A stretch of DNA of 51,425 nucleotides from a virus (IMGVR_UViG_3300037297_000175:1-51425), one strand, 5' to 3'. Numbered from the stretch's first letter, positions 7,117-17,336 are shown. Notes: generated from the letters alone by a model not told the origin. Program-made: numbers and translations.

Positions 7117-8865
7117 CTAGCTGCTCTTAATCATAGACGTTTGAGATGTGAATCCTCTCAGGCGCGCCACATGCGTCAAGACCTCTGAACCGGACAAGTC
7201 AGTCACGATCACTCGAACGTTAAATCCAGTATTCCCATTATTGGTCATAGTAATCGTGGATGTCCATGTTGCACTGTCTGATTTAATCTCAATCTGATTT
7301 GCCGTTTCATAGTCCCATGCCATATATCCAGCATTGTTCCAACAAATTATTCTACGGGAACAAATACTATATCCATTATCGACGTGGTCAGCAGCAAATA
7401 TAGACGATATCAGTTCTATCTCAAAGATCGCCATAACTCCATCTGGAAGAAGTATCGATATCCCGCTCCCTCCAAATGTGTCGTGTAAATTAATAGACTC
7501 ATTTCCTGTGGTTACGCCAACCTGAATCAGACCATCAATCCCCTGTGCAGTACCATCTATACTATTGTGTCGATCCATTCCCCAGTGTCTAGCGCCGGCG
7601 GCCATGGTCGTCACATAGCGACCTCTCGCCATCGCGTAGTCATGAGTCACCGTCAAATCTGCTCCAACCGCGCTGGAGTACTGACTCTCTGCATCGATTG
7701 TGCTCCCTATGAAGAAGCCACCAGAAGCATCGAGAACAAGATCTTCACCAATTGCAACCAATTTATCGCCTAATGAAGAGCCATGACCAGAACCTTGTCC
7801 TATAGTTAGGCTATCGCCAACCACAAGACTGTTGTCTGCGTCTACGGTCGACCCGCTCCCCATGATGAGCGAATCGCTCATGTCGCCATTCAACGCCAAG
7901 CTGGCCCCCATGGCGATTACTCTTTGAGTTGTCGGAACAGCGGTGACCGTGTTTCCTCCTACGATACGATCCCAGGATAAGAGCAAGCCTTTGGTGTTGA
8001 CCTGATCGGCGGCCATAATAGCAATAGTTGGGTCATCTCGAGCTGGTATAGCAAAATTGTGTGGAGTAGGAGAAACAGCGCCTATGTCAGCAATTATTAG
8101 TGTCCTAGATGTCGTATCAGTCCCAATCACAAGAGCGCCTTGCGTCTGAGTAGAATCATACTCGATTCTGGCATCGCTTGAATTGCCTAAACAAATCTGT
8201 AGGTCATCTTTAATAAATATTCCTGCATTAATATTTACCCATCCATCAAATTCAGCATTTTCGTCTACCTCCAGCTTGCCACCCACGAAAAGACTATTCT
8301 CGGTCACGCCGATCTTGTCTGGACCAGTACCAATGAGTAGTTGACTATTGCTGTTAAAAGTCAAAGCGCTGCTTTGCTCAAACGTCCCTGATCCTCCACG
8401 ATTTCCGAATAGCACCTGCTCGGCAGCCAATCCGGCCAGTGCGCTATTGTCATAGAGCCAGCTAATAGCCGACATCAAAGAGACGTTGCCAAAGTCACTC
8501 AAGAAATCCGATGCCTCAGAAGCGTCATCGGCGAACCTGGCTTTGATGCCGCCGGCGCTCAATAGATCATCGCTGAACTCAAGCTTGCCATCACTCGTGA
8601 CGCTGTTTGAAACCGACAGGGTCGCGACATCGAACATCTCATCGAAATGCCATGAAAATTGACCATCGAGGATGCGAAATGCCTTTACGCGTGCCGGTTC
8701 ATCCTTGGCGAGCAGTTTTGTGATATATCCGTTTTGATCCCTGGCACACACCATGATGTGCCCAAGATCGGCATCAGCACTGCCATCAAAGCCAATTTGC
8801 TTGTTCTGGTACGTTGTTGGCGCGTCCGCGATATGAAAAATCCTTCGTTCAACTAAGTCGCCCAT
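7117..8865 (-). CDS. Second tail fibre / tailspike with YadA-head-like beta-roll repeats
   Basis: ~14-aa repeats (SLIMG, SLVVG, VAIG, SAVG); follows the baseplate wedge gene. Confidence 0.65.
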   Translation of the reverse strand: MGDLVERRIFHIADAPTTYQNKQIGFDGSADADLGHIMVCARDQNGYITKLLAKDEPARVKAFRILDGQFSWHFDEMFDVATLSVSNSVTSDGKLEFSDDLLSAGGIKARFADDASEASDFLSDFGNVSLMSAISWLYDNSALAGLAAEQVLFGNRGGSGTFEQSSALTFNSNSQLLIGTGPDKIGVTENSLFVGGKLEVDENAEFDGWVNINAGIFIKDDLQICLGNSSDARIEYDSTQTQGALVIGTDTTSRTLIIADIGAVSPTPHNFAIPARDDPTIAIMAADQVNTKGLLLSWDRIVGGNTVTAVPTTQRVIAMGASLALNGDMSDSLIMGSGSTVDADNSLVVGDSLTIGQGSGHGSSLGDKLVAIGEDLVLDASGGFFIGSTIDAESQYSSAVGADLTVTHDYAMARGRYVTTMAAGARHWGMDRHNSIDGTAQGIDGLIQVGVTTGNESINLHDTFGGSGISILLPDGVMAIFEIELISSIFAADHVDNGYSICSRRIICWNNAGYMAWDYETANQIEIKSDSATWTSTITMTNNGNTGFNVRVIVTDLSGSEVLTHVARLRGFTSQTSMIKSS

Positions 8866-8873
8866 GCATCACC

Positions 8874-9677
8874 TCATGAATAGTCCTGAATCTCCTCGTC
8901 CGTGGGCGTGACCACGTCCTGGAATTCAAACTCTGTCGGATACGTCACGTCTTGAATGTCGTAATCCTCGCCATCCGGATACGAAATCACCCTCAGAATG
9001 CACCTGGTATGAGCCGGCTTGAGCTTGAAGATAATCCGCATCAGGGGCCGAAGCTTCGACTCCGGAATGTAGGCGTACTCCGGCCAAGTCTCCCCGCACA
9101 CGTACCAGTAGACCGAGTACTCCTCCTCGACATTCGGACACGGATAGCGCTTGAGCCGGCGCACGTATCCGTCATAGTCGCCGAACTGAACGGAGTTATC
9201 GCCCACGAACTCGGTCCCGTCTCCGAACTGGTACAGGTAGTTCTTCACAATCTCGTACAGGTCGTTGACCAGCACGTAGGATGTATCAATAAGGTTGTTC
9301 GGAGAAAACGGATTTCGCGCCTCAACCGGGTCGCTCCCGGGCACCCACCATTCGTGGACATAGCAGTTGTCACAGATGGACTGGATTGCATCCTGGATAT
9401 AAGCAGGGTCCTGCCCGCCGAAAGCCCGCCACTCGAGCTCTAGATTAGGAGGGGACAAATCGTTTGGACTCCCGAATTGCTCCGACCAGTCGTGGAGATA
9501 GCTGGTCTGGAGCGGGAGCATCTCCAGGAAGACACTGGCGATGTGGTTGCGAGCGTTCAGGGGAAGGATGGACAGGCCGTGAAAGAACTTCTTCAGCGTC
9601 TTATCCGGAATCAGGTTCCACGCCCTCGACCGAGGGAGGAGCCTGTCAAACACCCTTACCCAGTCGTTCAGCTCCAT
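8874..9677 (-). CDS. Baseplate wedge protein (Mu gp48/YmfQ-like)
   Basis: RLLPRSRAW, LHDWSEQFG, GGQDPAYIQ, KLKPAHT; follows baseplate J. Confidence 0.75.
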   Translation of the reverse strand: MELNDWVRVFDRLLPRSRAWNLIPDKTLKKFFHGLSILPLNARNHIASVFLEMLPLQTSYLHDWSEQFGSPNDLSPPNLELEWRAFGGQDPAYIQDAIQSICDNCYVHEWWVPGSDPVEARNPFSPNNLIDTSYVLVNDLYEIVKNYLYQFGDGTEFVGDNSVQFGDYDGYVRRLKRYPCPNVEEEYSVYWYVCGETWPEYAYIPESKLRPLMRIIFKLKPAHTRCILRVISYPDGEDYDIQDVTYPTEFEFQDVVTPTDEEIQDYS

Positions 9678-10864
9678 GTCAGTGTCCCAAGCTTTGCTTT
9701 CTCGCCTTCCTGAAGTGGGTAGACTTCCACGTCGACTCCGCCCGTACTGATTGAGATACTGCCGATGGATCCATTGTACCCTGCCGCGATACGGCTCACG
9801 ATGCCACCTATTTCCATTTTGGAAACAACATCCTTCTTCGGTGGGAGTACCGTGTAGCCCACTTGCCCGCCCGGTTCGCGGTCGTAGAAGAATTCGGTGA
9901 GGCCGTCTTCGATGGCGGTTTTGGCGGCTTCGGTTGTCTCATCACTATCGGTGGTGATTTGAGATATTTCTACGTCGAAAGCAGTGCGAGTGATTGGCCA
10001 CACAGTGACCTCAGCGTTGATGTTCCGACGGTTTGAAAGGCCGGCGCCATCGCCCTCAATATGGTCTTCCACTTCCAATATTAGAGCTGGCGTGGGTGCG
10101 CCATCAGGGGTGCTGTCGCCTTCGATAAAAACAAAAACTTGGCCGGCTCGACTATTTGGTATACCCGGATGCTCCCACGCTGAATAAGGATAGGCATTCC
10201 GGACCCCGGTGACCTCCTCTGCCCAGTTCTTGTAATCGGCGTATGCCCCACCCTGTGGTCGAGCCAACCAGCGCTCGAGAACGCGCTCACGGTAAGCCTC
10301 CGTTGTCTCCGGGTCTACGCCTGCCGTTCCATCGGCGGAGACCGTTACCTCCTTCTCAACGGCATCAGGTGGGCTCACGAAGTAAAGCTCGGTCCCTAGG
10401 TCAACATTCCCGAGCACCCCAGGCCGTGTCGCCCTTATCGTCGCGTAAACCGTCGGCGCGTTGAGGGACACATTCCCTACGACCACATAAATCATCTGGG
10501 TATCCGGGTTGGCGATACGCTCACCGCTCACAAGGGTGCCCCCTTGGGTGAGCACGGTGATCTTTACCGTGCGCTCAGCCCGCTGCCCGGTCTTCTGGTA
10601 GATCCCCACCAACTCCCCGTGGGCCTGGAGGGGGTTGATGGTCTTTCCGTTGAAGTTCACGGGCTTGTTGCTCGCAGTCTTCACGAACATCTGGAGCAGG
10701 TTCCATCCGGCGAACTCGTACAGGAGGACAAATACACCACCCAAGGCTTTCGCGAGCACACGACAAAAGCTCTTGGGGAGCAGTGGGATAGTGGTGTTCA
10801 AACTCGTTTCCATCTGGGCGATGATTTCATCAGCGATTTCGTTTGCCTTTTTTTGGGAAATCAT
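9668..10864 (-). CDS. Baseplate J-like protein (Mu gp47)
   Basis: GVDPETTEAYRERVL..PQGGAYADYKNWA motif. Confidence 0.9.
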   Translation of the reverse strand: MISQKKANEIADEIIAQMETSLNTTIPLLPKSFCRVLAKALGGVFVLLYEFAGWNLLQMFVKTASNKPVNFNGKTINPLQAHGELVGIYQKTGQRAERTVKITVLTQGGTLVSGERIANPDTQMIYVVVGNVSLNAPTVYATIRATRPGVLGNVDLGTELYFVSPPDAVEKEVTVSADGTAGVDPETTEAYRERVLERWLARPQGGAYADYKNWAEEVTGVRNAYPYSAWEHPGIPNSRAGQVFVFIEGDSTPDGAPTPALILEVEDHIEGDGAGLSNRRNINAEVTVWPITRTAFDVEISQITTDSDETTEAAKTAIEDGLTEFFYDREPGGQVGYTVLPPKKDVVSKMEIGGIVSRIAAGYNGSIGSISISTGGVDVEVYPLQEGEKAKLGTLTWS

Positions 10865-11352
10865 AGTTCAACTCCTACGTTGATGGTGTACGGGGTGCCC
10901 CACTTCGCCATGACATCGGCTCGCAGGTTTACCCTCTTGGGGGACGGCGCCGTTGCCGATACGGATACGGATGCGAGCACCTCTTTCGGCATACCATCCT
11001 TGATGTCATCGGTCGCGGCCTTCTCTATCTGGGGCAGTAGAGCACTCGTGACGGGCCTGCCATCCAAGAGCGATTGGAGTTTCCCACGATACTGACGCTC
11101 CTTGGGCTCCCCCTCGTTCCCCCACCACTGCTTGTGCGCCGTGGCCTGGCTGCCGTCGTCGTCCTCGTTGCCACCGAACCAGCAATGATAGACAGCCGTC
11201 TCGATGAACTTGGTCATCACGATAAAGCTGCTGACTATGGGTTCACTGCCAGACAAATAGGAGCGCCTCTCCTCCTTGATATCCCCGCCGTTTGGCCCGT
11301 CGAAGTGATAGACATCGCCTTGTTGAATTGCATTGGTGCCGTAGTCTATCAT
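10861..11352 (-). CDS. Baseplate protein, Mu gp46-like (sheath initiator)
   Basis: ETAVY...FGGN...WWGN motif; gene order. Confidence 0.75.
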   Translation of the reverse strand: MIDYGTNAIQQGDVYHFDGPNGGDIKEERRSYLSGSEPIVSSFIVMTKFIETAVYHCWFGGNEDDDGSQATAHKQWWGNEGEPKERQYRGKLQSLLDGRPVTSALLPQIEKAATDDIKDGMPKEVLASVSVSATAPSPKRVNLRADVMAKWGTPYTINVGVEL

Positions 11353-11729
11353 TACACTGCCTTCACCTTCGTTTGACCTGAATCAATCACCTCGACTGGT
11401 CCTGATACAGATCCCGTGCCACCGCCAGAGAGTGTTCCTGATGCGCTCATGGTGCCTGAATCGCCAAGTCTGATAACGAGTGCTCCGCCGGCTTTCACTT
11501 TTTTGGCAGTCGCATTGATAACGCCACCGCCAGCTATTGTCCCATCGACAAATCCCGGAGAGCTGCCGCCACTGAAGGTGTACCCCAGTGGGGTGACAAA
11601 GATACCCTCTCCTTCGGCCCTTGCCTTGGCATCTGGCGTACTGGTGATGATGAATTCCCCGCCAGAGATTGGCGAACTACTGCCATGTCCAATCACACCA
11701 TTGGCGTTCATGATCAGCTCCAGGCTCAT
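11352..11729 (-). CDS. Putative spike-tip (PAAR-like) protein
   Basis: Gly-rich, KVKAGGALVIRLGDSG; directly after the spike gene. Confidence 0.55.
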   Translation of the reverse strand: MSLELIMNANGVIGHGSSSPISGGEFIITSTPDAKARAEGEGIFVTPLGYTFSGGSSPGFVDGTIAGGGVINATAKKVKAGGALVIRLGDSGTMSASGTLSGGGTGSVSGPVEVIDSGQTKVKAV

Positions 11730-12103
11730 GGGTCCACCGTGAAATGGCCGTTTACATCAAACTGCCCATTTGCTTTGAGTCCGAACACGCCATTGTCGTT
11801 TTCGGCTACGATGTCACCATCCGGATACAACCAAATCTTTGCCACGATCTCTCCCAATTTGTTGCGGGCGAAGATGACCCCCTCCCCGCGCTCCGTGGAC
11901 GCATCTCCATGGAGAACCGCCGAAACGACCACCTCTTGGCCGACCCTATGGCAAAGGACAGAATCCTCAGGCAATGGGTAGAACTCCGCTCCGGAGGCGG
12001 ACATCACCCGGGCTGTCACCGCCTGCCCGGTCCCCGTCTCCACGATGGCCGTGATCTGCCCGTCTTCGATGGCGACCTCCTTGATGTGCCCGATCATTGC
12101 CAT
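11726..12103 (-). CDS. Baseplate spike, Mu gp45-like
   Basis: OB-fold-like N-terminus (SGAEFYPLPED), GEGVIFAR, beta-strand tail; gene order. Confidence 0.7.
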   Translation of the reverse strand: MAMIGHIKEVAIEDGQITAIVETGTGQAVTARVMSASGAEFYPLPEDSVLCHRVGQEVVVSAVLHGDASTERGEGVIFARNKLGEIVAKIWLYPDGDIVAENDNGVFGLKANGQFDVNGHFTVDP

Positions 12104-13308
12104 GGCATGCGCTCCGGTATCGTCCCGCTGTACACTCCCGGCAGGACAAGGTTCAGAGAGGCCGAGTGAACGCCAGCGCTACGCTTCAGGGTGACCATCG
12201 CGACCAGGAGCTCAAACGGCTCTGGGATGAAATCCTCTTCGCTCTTGAGCGAAACGAGCTGCCCCGGTTGGTACGTTTGCCCGAGGTCATTCTGCCACGT
12301 CGCGACTTCGGCGTTGCATGACACCAACTCGGCGAACATGCGTCCAGCAACTGAGTTCGTCGCCTTCTCCAACTCCCCCTTGTCGATGTCTTCGGCATCG
12401 AAGGAGTATGCTCTCACCACATCTGTGGCGTGGGGATTCTTTACGGTGAACTTCGCCCCGAGTGCCCACTTCCGGCTCTTTGCGGGCACGATACCCGTCA
12501 CCGAAGAGTAGTACTTTGACTCGTCGAAGGAGACCGTCATCGCCTCGGTGGGGTGCTTTCCCTTCTCAAGGAACGATACCACCTCGCCACCGTTCTCTTC
12601 CCTGTGGAGGACAAGCTCTCCTGAAGCGCTACTCGAGATGACAAGCCCCCTCTGGCTGGCTAACCCGGAGAGGAATGGGAGAATACCTTGTCCCGGCTCG
12701 ATGTCGACTCTTTTGAACCGTGCCGATGTCGGCGTGTCAAAACGAACGGAGATGCCGTGCTCTCCGCAGAGGTCTTCTGTGATCTGCTCGAGCAAAGCAT
12801 CCTTCCACTCAAGGGGGAACTTCTCAATAGAGGGCGTGCAGAGCTCGAGAACCCCCGGGTTCGAATAGCACGATATGTCCAGAATCTTGACCGATGGATC
12901 GTTGTTCAACCGCGGTGACTCACACCGACCGGTGAAGAGTCGCTCACCGAGGTGGTCAACAGTGATTCGTTGGCTGCCGAGGGGCATGAAAATCTCCCGG
13001 GTCTCCGACTCGTTCGGGACGGAGAATGCGCATTTCGATATCGCGTCAATCGCAAGAGCGAGCTCGAAGTTGTCGAAGGTCCCAATCCTGGTCCCCTCCA
13101 CGCGGATGTCGAGCGCTTCGGTGCTGGTGACTTCCGAGGGCCCGCGCGCCATCGGGACTTGAATCACCGTGCCGGCGGCAATCGGCTCCTGAACCGCTGG
13201 ATTGGCGCGCTTGATGGCGGCTGCATCGGTGTCATTGCCGGTGGTCTGCCTGGCAACCAGGTCCCATGACTCCCCGCCTCGGGCTTTATACGTGCCAGAC
13301 AATCTCAC
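12094..13308 (-). CDS. Baseplate hub (Mu gp44-like) with N-terminal LysM-like domain
   Basis: YKARGGESWDLVA..IKRANP..GTVIQVP, then hub motifs GLVISSSASGELVL and YQPGQLV. Confidence 0.8.
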   Translation of the reverse strand: MRLSGTYKARGGESWDLVARQTTGNDTDAAAIKRANPAVQEPIAAGTVIQVPMARGPSEVTSTEALDIRVEGTRIGTFDNFELALAIDAISKCAFSVPNESETREIFMPLGSQRITVDHLGERLFTGRCESPRLNNDPSVKILDISCYSNPGVLELCTPSIEKFPLEWKDALLEQITEDLCGEHGISVRFDTPTSARFKRVDIEPGQGILPFLSGLASQRGLVISSSASGELVLHREENGGEVVSFLEKGKHPTEAMTVSFDESKYYSSVTGIVPAKSRKWALGAKFTVKNPHATDVVRAYSFDAEDIDKGELEKATNSVAGRMFAELVSCNAEVATWQNDLGQTYQPGQLVSLKSEEDFIPEPFELLVAMVTLKRSAGVHSASLNLVLPGVYSGTIPERMPWQ

Positions 13309-14536
13309 GTCCTTTCGGTATTAGAAAAAACTCGTCTCCGACCAGGTCATTCAGGTTGACGAAATGGTCGAGCACGTCGAACGCGGTGGTCCCGTAGAGC
13401 TCGTAGCAAAGGTCAAGCGGTGTCCGGTCCGAGGCGAGCGGTTCCCGCATCTCCGTCTTTGCCTCGAATGACCGCGCGATTAGTCCGGATGCCACCGAGG
13501 AGAGGAGCTGGTTCAACTCGGCGAGCCCATCCCCGGTGTCGGTATTCGCCTCGGATATGGTGGTGAGCTCCAAGCTATCGAAGTTGTCGTCATGCCACGC
13601 CTGGTAATCCTCGCGCAACGCCAGCAGCTTCTCTGCGGCGTTGATGTAGTCGGCCTTGGTCAGATACTCGGTGGACTCAGCAAGCAGCATTGCCGTGTTG
13701 CCGAGGTAGCTCTGGGCCATCATCTTGTTCAGATGGAAGAGGTTGATCGTCTCTTTCGCGTACTTGCTCGGCTCGGCGAGGGTGCCGGTAAAGATGTCCT
13801 GGGCAAGGTTCTGATAGGCCAGCGCCTTGGAGTTGGTCAAGCTGGCCTGCCGGCGCGGCTCACCGATGAGGAGCTGGGTCTGCCTCGCCAGCGCGAGGGG
13901 TTCACCGAGGAGCGTGTCCATGCCGCGGTTGATGGAGTCACCGGTATCCTCGATGGCCTCGTTGACCTTGGCCACGGCACCGCTGGCCTTCTTGATCGCG
14001 TCAGACATCTTCTTCAAGGCGCTTTTCAGCTTGTTTCTGAAAGACGCCTTGTCAACCGGATCGGTGAGCTGTATGTTGTTGGAGAAGTCTACCGCCGATG
14101 CTTCCATGAGCGAATCGAATACCTGGGCGTTGCCCCCGGTCTCCCCGATCTGCAAGCCCACGGTCTCGTAAAACTCCACATCGTAGACGACCTGCCCGGC
14201 CCCGCTCTTCAATGGGTCGAGGCGCGTCACCTGGCCAACGGGAACGACCGTGATGTCCCCGAAGACCGGATGGGTTAGCACTCCCTCTCCGTCCTCGAGA
14301 ACGGCCGACAGGAACGCCTCTGCTTTCGCCTCGTAGTTCCTGCCGCTGAGATAGCATCTCATCGGGAAGCGTCCCGAGGTGCGACCGTTGCTCTGAACGT
14401 AGGTACCGTTTCCAACTGCGGATTCGAAGACGGACGTCTTCTTGTCTACCGATGATTCGATATCCTCGTAGTCAAACGTGACTATCTGGCCGCTTGGGCT
14501 TTTGTAGGAGCCCTGCTGGAGGTCATCAAGGCTCAC
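13286..14536 (-). CDS. DNA circularisation protein-like (Mu gp43)
   Basis: GEGVLTHPVFGDITV, VEFYET, C-terminal LCYELYG; follows the tape measure. Confidence 0.8.
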   Translation of the reverse strand: MSLDDLQQGSYKSPSGQIVTFDYEDIESSVDKKTSVFESAVGNGTYVQSNGRTSGRFPMRCYLSGRNYEAKAEAFLSAVLEDGEGVLTHPVFGDITVVPVGQVTRLDPLKSGAGQVVYDVEFYETVGLQIGETGGNAQVFDSLMEASAVDFSNNIQLTDPVDKASFRNKLKSALKKMSDAIKKASGAVAKVNEAIEDTGDSINRGMDTLLGEPLALARQTQLLIGEPRRQASLTNSKALAYQNLAQDIFTGTLAEPSKYAKETINLFHLNKMMAQSYLGNTAMLLAESTEYLTKADYINAAEKLLALREDYQAWHDDNFDSLELTTISEANTDTGDGLAELNQLLSSVASGLIARSFEAKTEMREPLASDRTPLDLCYELYGTTAFDVLDHFVNLNDLVGDEFFLIPKGREIVWHV

Positions 14537-16242
14537 GGCATGGCCCCGGTGTGGACGAGTTTCAGACGGCCGCTAGAGCCCTTGGTGACGGTGGCGCGTT
14601 TTCCGGTTGTTTCATCCTTGATTGTGATTTCGACCTCTTCTTTGTGGGAAGAAACAGATTTCGTCACATATGGCGATTGAGTCGACATGCTCCATTCATC
14701 AGAAACCGGTGCGTCACCAGAATATCGTTCAATATTTTCTTGTTGCTGCCTGAAGTACTTGGCGCTCTGTAGCGCCGCCTTACCCTCTCTGGCCCTTGTT
14801 ATTGCTTCCACCATTTGTATTTGACTAATCGCACCAGCACCATAATGCGATAGGGATGCGACATGAAAAGGAGTTGGCATTTTCTTTTCAAGATCAATCG
14901 CCTTGTCTGCCTTTTCTATATCGGATTGAAGCATGGCAGTATTTCGCTTGGACAAATCTTTTGACAGGGTGTCTTCTAGCTCGTCACGGAGTCTCAACGC
15001 TTCACCGCGTGCCGCTATTAATGGATCTACGAGTTTTTCATACAGAATTGTCCCTATCGCCCATCCCGCAACAAACGCACCGAGTCCTACTAGAGCAGTT
15101 TGAAAAACGCCAACTGCAGCCGTTGATGTACCGATCTTCATCGGCAGGGTCTTACCCATGAATGCGCCAACCGCCTTGAGCGGACCAAGGTTGATGTTGG
15201 CAAGCGTATTGAATAGTGTCATCGCGCCATTGGCAATTTTAACAGCACCAGTTATCGCGTAGAAAGTGCCCACGAGATATGCGATCTTTGGCCCCCAGTA
15301 GACAATTTTTTCAAGATAGTCTGGTATCTTTTTAATGAATTCATCAAGCTTGGTTTTTATGATCGCCTTATTCTGAATGATCCATTGTCTGGCCTGCCTT
15401 GATACGTCGATGAGATAATCCGTTGTATCTTTCAGGATAGGTGCCAAAACCGTACCGAGCTCGGCAGCTGCTAGCCCAACGTTGTCTTTCAGCGTCGAGA
15501 CTTTTCCGGACAGAGTCTCTGAGGCAATCTTCATCCCTTCAAAGAAGATGCCGCCCTTTCCGGTCATTTTCTTAAATGCTTTTGTTAGGTCCTCTGTGGA
15601 TATTTTCCCGGCAGAAATCGCTTTGAATAACTTCGTGCCGCTTTTTCCGACAACCGAGCCCAGATCATTGAAAATAGGAACACCAGCCTCAGCAATCATA
15701 TTGAGGCTTTCCATATCGACCTTTCCTTTCAGGAGAGCCTTGTTGTATCCTCGAACGATGGAGTCCATCTTCTGGGCGTTCCCTCCGGCTGTGTCACCGA
15801 GCATTCGGATGGTCTCAATCGTTTTTTGTATATCTCCACCCATGTTGGGCAAGAGCTGCTTTGCCGCGCCGGCGAGATTCTCAAATTGAAAAGGCGTCGT
15901 CGCGGCTGTCTCATTTAGGGCCTTAACCATCTCGGTGGCCTTCTTTGCGCCTCCTAATAGTGGCGTGAAAGCCGCCTCAGCATCCTCGATTTTCGAGAAC
16001 TGCTGCATGACCTTCCATGTTGCGCCAGCAAGCGCCGTGATGCCAGCTGCCGCAAGGAAAGCCCCTCGCCGTATTCCCGTGGTTAAAGTTTTGGACACAC
16101 GAGACATCGTTCTGTCAAGTCGACGCATCGCCATTGATCCACGTGCCGTTAACTTCATTAGCCTGTTTTGGATCTTGCTAATCGCCTGAGTGGACTTATC
16201 AACCGCTCGAAACGTCGTCTTGATGTCGAAATTCTGCGGCAT
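14533..16242 (-). CDS. Tape measure protein
   Basis: AATTPFQFENL, LGDTAGG, EAGVPIF, SETLSGKVSTLKDN; helical and Ala/Gly-rich. Confidence 0.9.
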   Translation of the reverse strand: MPQNFDIKTTFRAVDKSTQAISKIQNRLMKLTARGSMAMRRLDRTMSRVSKTLTTGIRRGAFLAAAGITALAGATWKVMQQFSKIEDAEAAFTPLLGGAKKATEMVKALNETAATTPFQFENLAGAAKQLLPNMGGDIQKTIETIRMLGDTAGGNAQKMDSIVRGYNKALLKGKVDMESLNMIAEAGVPIFNDLGSVVGKSGTKLFKAISAGKISTEDLTKAFKKMTGKGGIFFEGMKIASETLSGKVSTLKDNVGLAAAELGTVLAPILKDTTDYLIDVSRQARQWIIQNKAIIKTKLDEFIKKIPDYLEKIVYWGPKIAYLVGTFYAITGAVKIANGAMTLFNTLANINLGPLKAVGAFMGKTLPMKIGTSTAAVGVFQTALVGLGAFVAGWAIGTILYEKLVDPLIAARGEALRLRDELEDTLSKDLSKRNTAMLQSDIEKADKAIDLEKKMPTPFHVASLSHYGAGAISQIQMVEAITRAREGKAALQSAKYFRQQQENIERYSGDAPVSDEWSMSTQSPYVTKSVSSHKEEVEITIKDETTGKRATVTKGSSGRLKLVHTGAMP

Positions 16243-16454
16243 TACTTCCTCGGCTTCGTATCCTCGATCAGTTGAGCACGGATCCCATCATAGAAGAACT
16301 CAATCTCATCCAGGTCCAATGTCCTGGGGTCCGGAAGGCCCGGATAGCTCATGCAGATCTGGAGAAACATTTCGGTCACGACGTTTGCCCGCGTGTGCCT
16401 TGGAATTCCATCTCTGCCTGGTGCCAATATCACTTCTTGTCCTCTCCTGACCAA
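16242..16454 (-). CDS. Tail assembly chaperone downstream ORF (probable frameshift extension)
   Basis: Between chaperone and TMP, weak TTG start; YPGLPDPRTLDLDEIEFFY; frame stays open back into the upstream gene. Confidence 0.6.
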   Translation of the reverse strand: MVRRGQEVILAPGRDGIPRHTRANVVTEMFLQICMSYPGLPDPRTLDLDEIEFFYDGIRAQLIEDTKPRK

Positions 16455-16473
16455 TGTCGGCCCGGTTATCTGT

Positions 16474-16878
16474 TCAAGCCAGAAACAAACTGAAAACCAA
16501 ACTCACAGTCTCGAAATCGGCATAGTCCAGGCTGTTCAGTCTTACGGGGGCGATTCCGAGAGTGTCCCCCATCATGGCCAGCGTTTTTGCGCTTGCATCG
16601 CCCTGCTTGTACTTGTCCATTGCCCTCAAAGCGGTGACCTTTGGACGCTTCGTGAACTCAATGCGTGGTAGATCCTCTGATTGCGTCAGCACCGTTGGCC
16701 AACCCTCTTCGTTCACTTCGATGTCGCCACGTTTCACATGGTAGATGAACAAATCGCGACTGCTGCTTACATCCGTGCGATCGGAAAAGTCCCTTGGCTT
16801 CTCCATGTCCAACCGTGCAACGGTTGCAAACCGATTGAAATCTTGCTCTGCGATTTCTTTGCAAATTTTTTCAGTCAT
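16474..16878 (-). CDS. Tail assembly chaperone
   Basis: Position after the tube gene; size; LNSLDYADFETV. Confidence 0.7.
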   Translation of the reverse strand: MTEKICKEIAEQDFNRFATVARLDMEKPRDFSDRTDVSSSRDLFIYHVKRGDIEVNEEGWPTVLTQSEDLPRIEFTKRPKVTALRAMDKYKQGDASAKTLAMMGDTLGIAPVRLNSLDYADFETVSLVFSLFLA

Positions 16879-16955
16879 CTCAATGCCTTTCTAAAAGGTG
16901 CCCCGGCATACGGCGAGAAAGGCAAGTAAAACGCCACCGGGACACATGATGCCTT

Positions 16956-17336
16956 TCACAGTTTCTTGATCATGCCACTTCCACCGGCGCTCAGCGTGAC
17001 TGAGGCCGTCGCTGGGTTTGCCTCGATTGTTCCCGTAATGTTCCCATTGCCGATGTAGTTGATACCGCCCGCATAGGTGATCACAACCTCGCCGCCTCCC
17101 TTCTTTTGGAAGTCAACTAGGTACTCATGATCTCCATTCTCGATGTCGAACGTAAGCTTTACCGAAGAAATTGACCACGGGACAGGTGTCCGAAGTTCGC
17201 GGTGAGTAAAATTGCCGTTCATCTCGTGGGTAATCTCGATCCCGCCCATGACCACGGTAGGGTCCGAATCGACAGTTACCGGCAGCTCACGGCCGCCAAA
17301 GGAAACACTTTCAAGGGGTCCACCTGTTGCCGTCAT
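16956..17336 (-). CDS. Tail tube protein
   Basis: 126-aa beta-rich protein directly after the sheath gene. Confidence 0.75.
   Translation of the reverse strand: MTATGGPLESVSFGGRELPVTVDSDPTVVMGGIEITHEMNGNFTHRELRTPVPWSISSVKLTFDIENGDHEYLVDFQKKGGGEVVITYAGGINYIGNGNITGTIEANPATASVTLSAGGSGMIKKL

Noticed and set aside
16895-16945. Hairpin between the tube and chaperone genes as a novel ncRNA
   Set aside because: Short single-copy stem-loop, most simply an mRNA stability or attenuation element after abundant structural genes.
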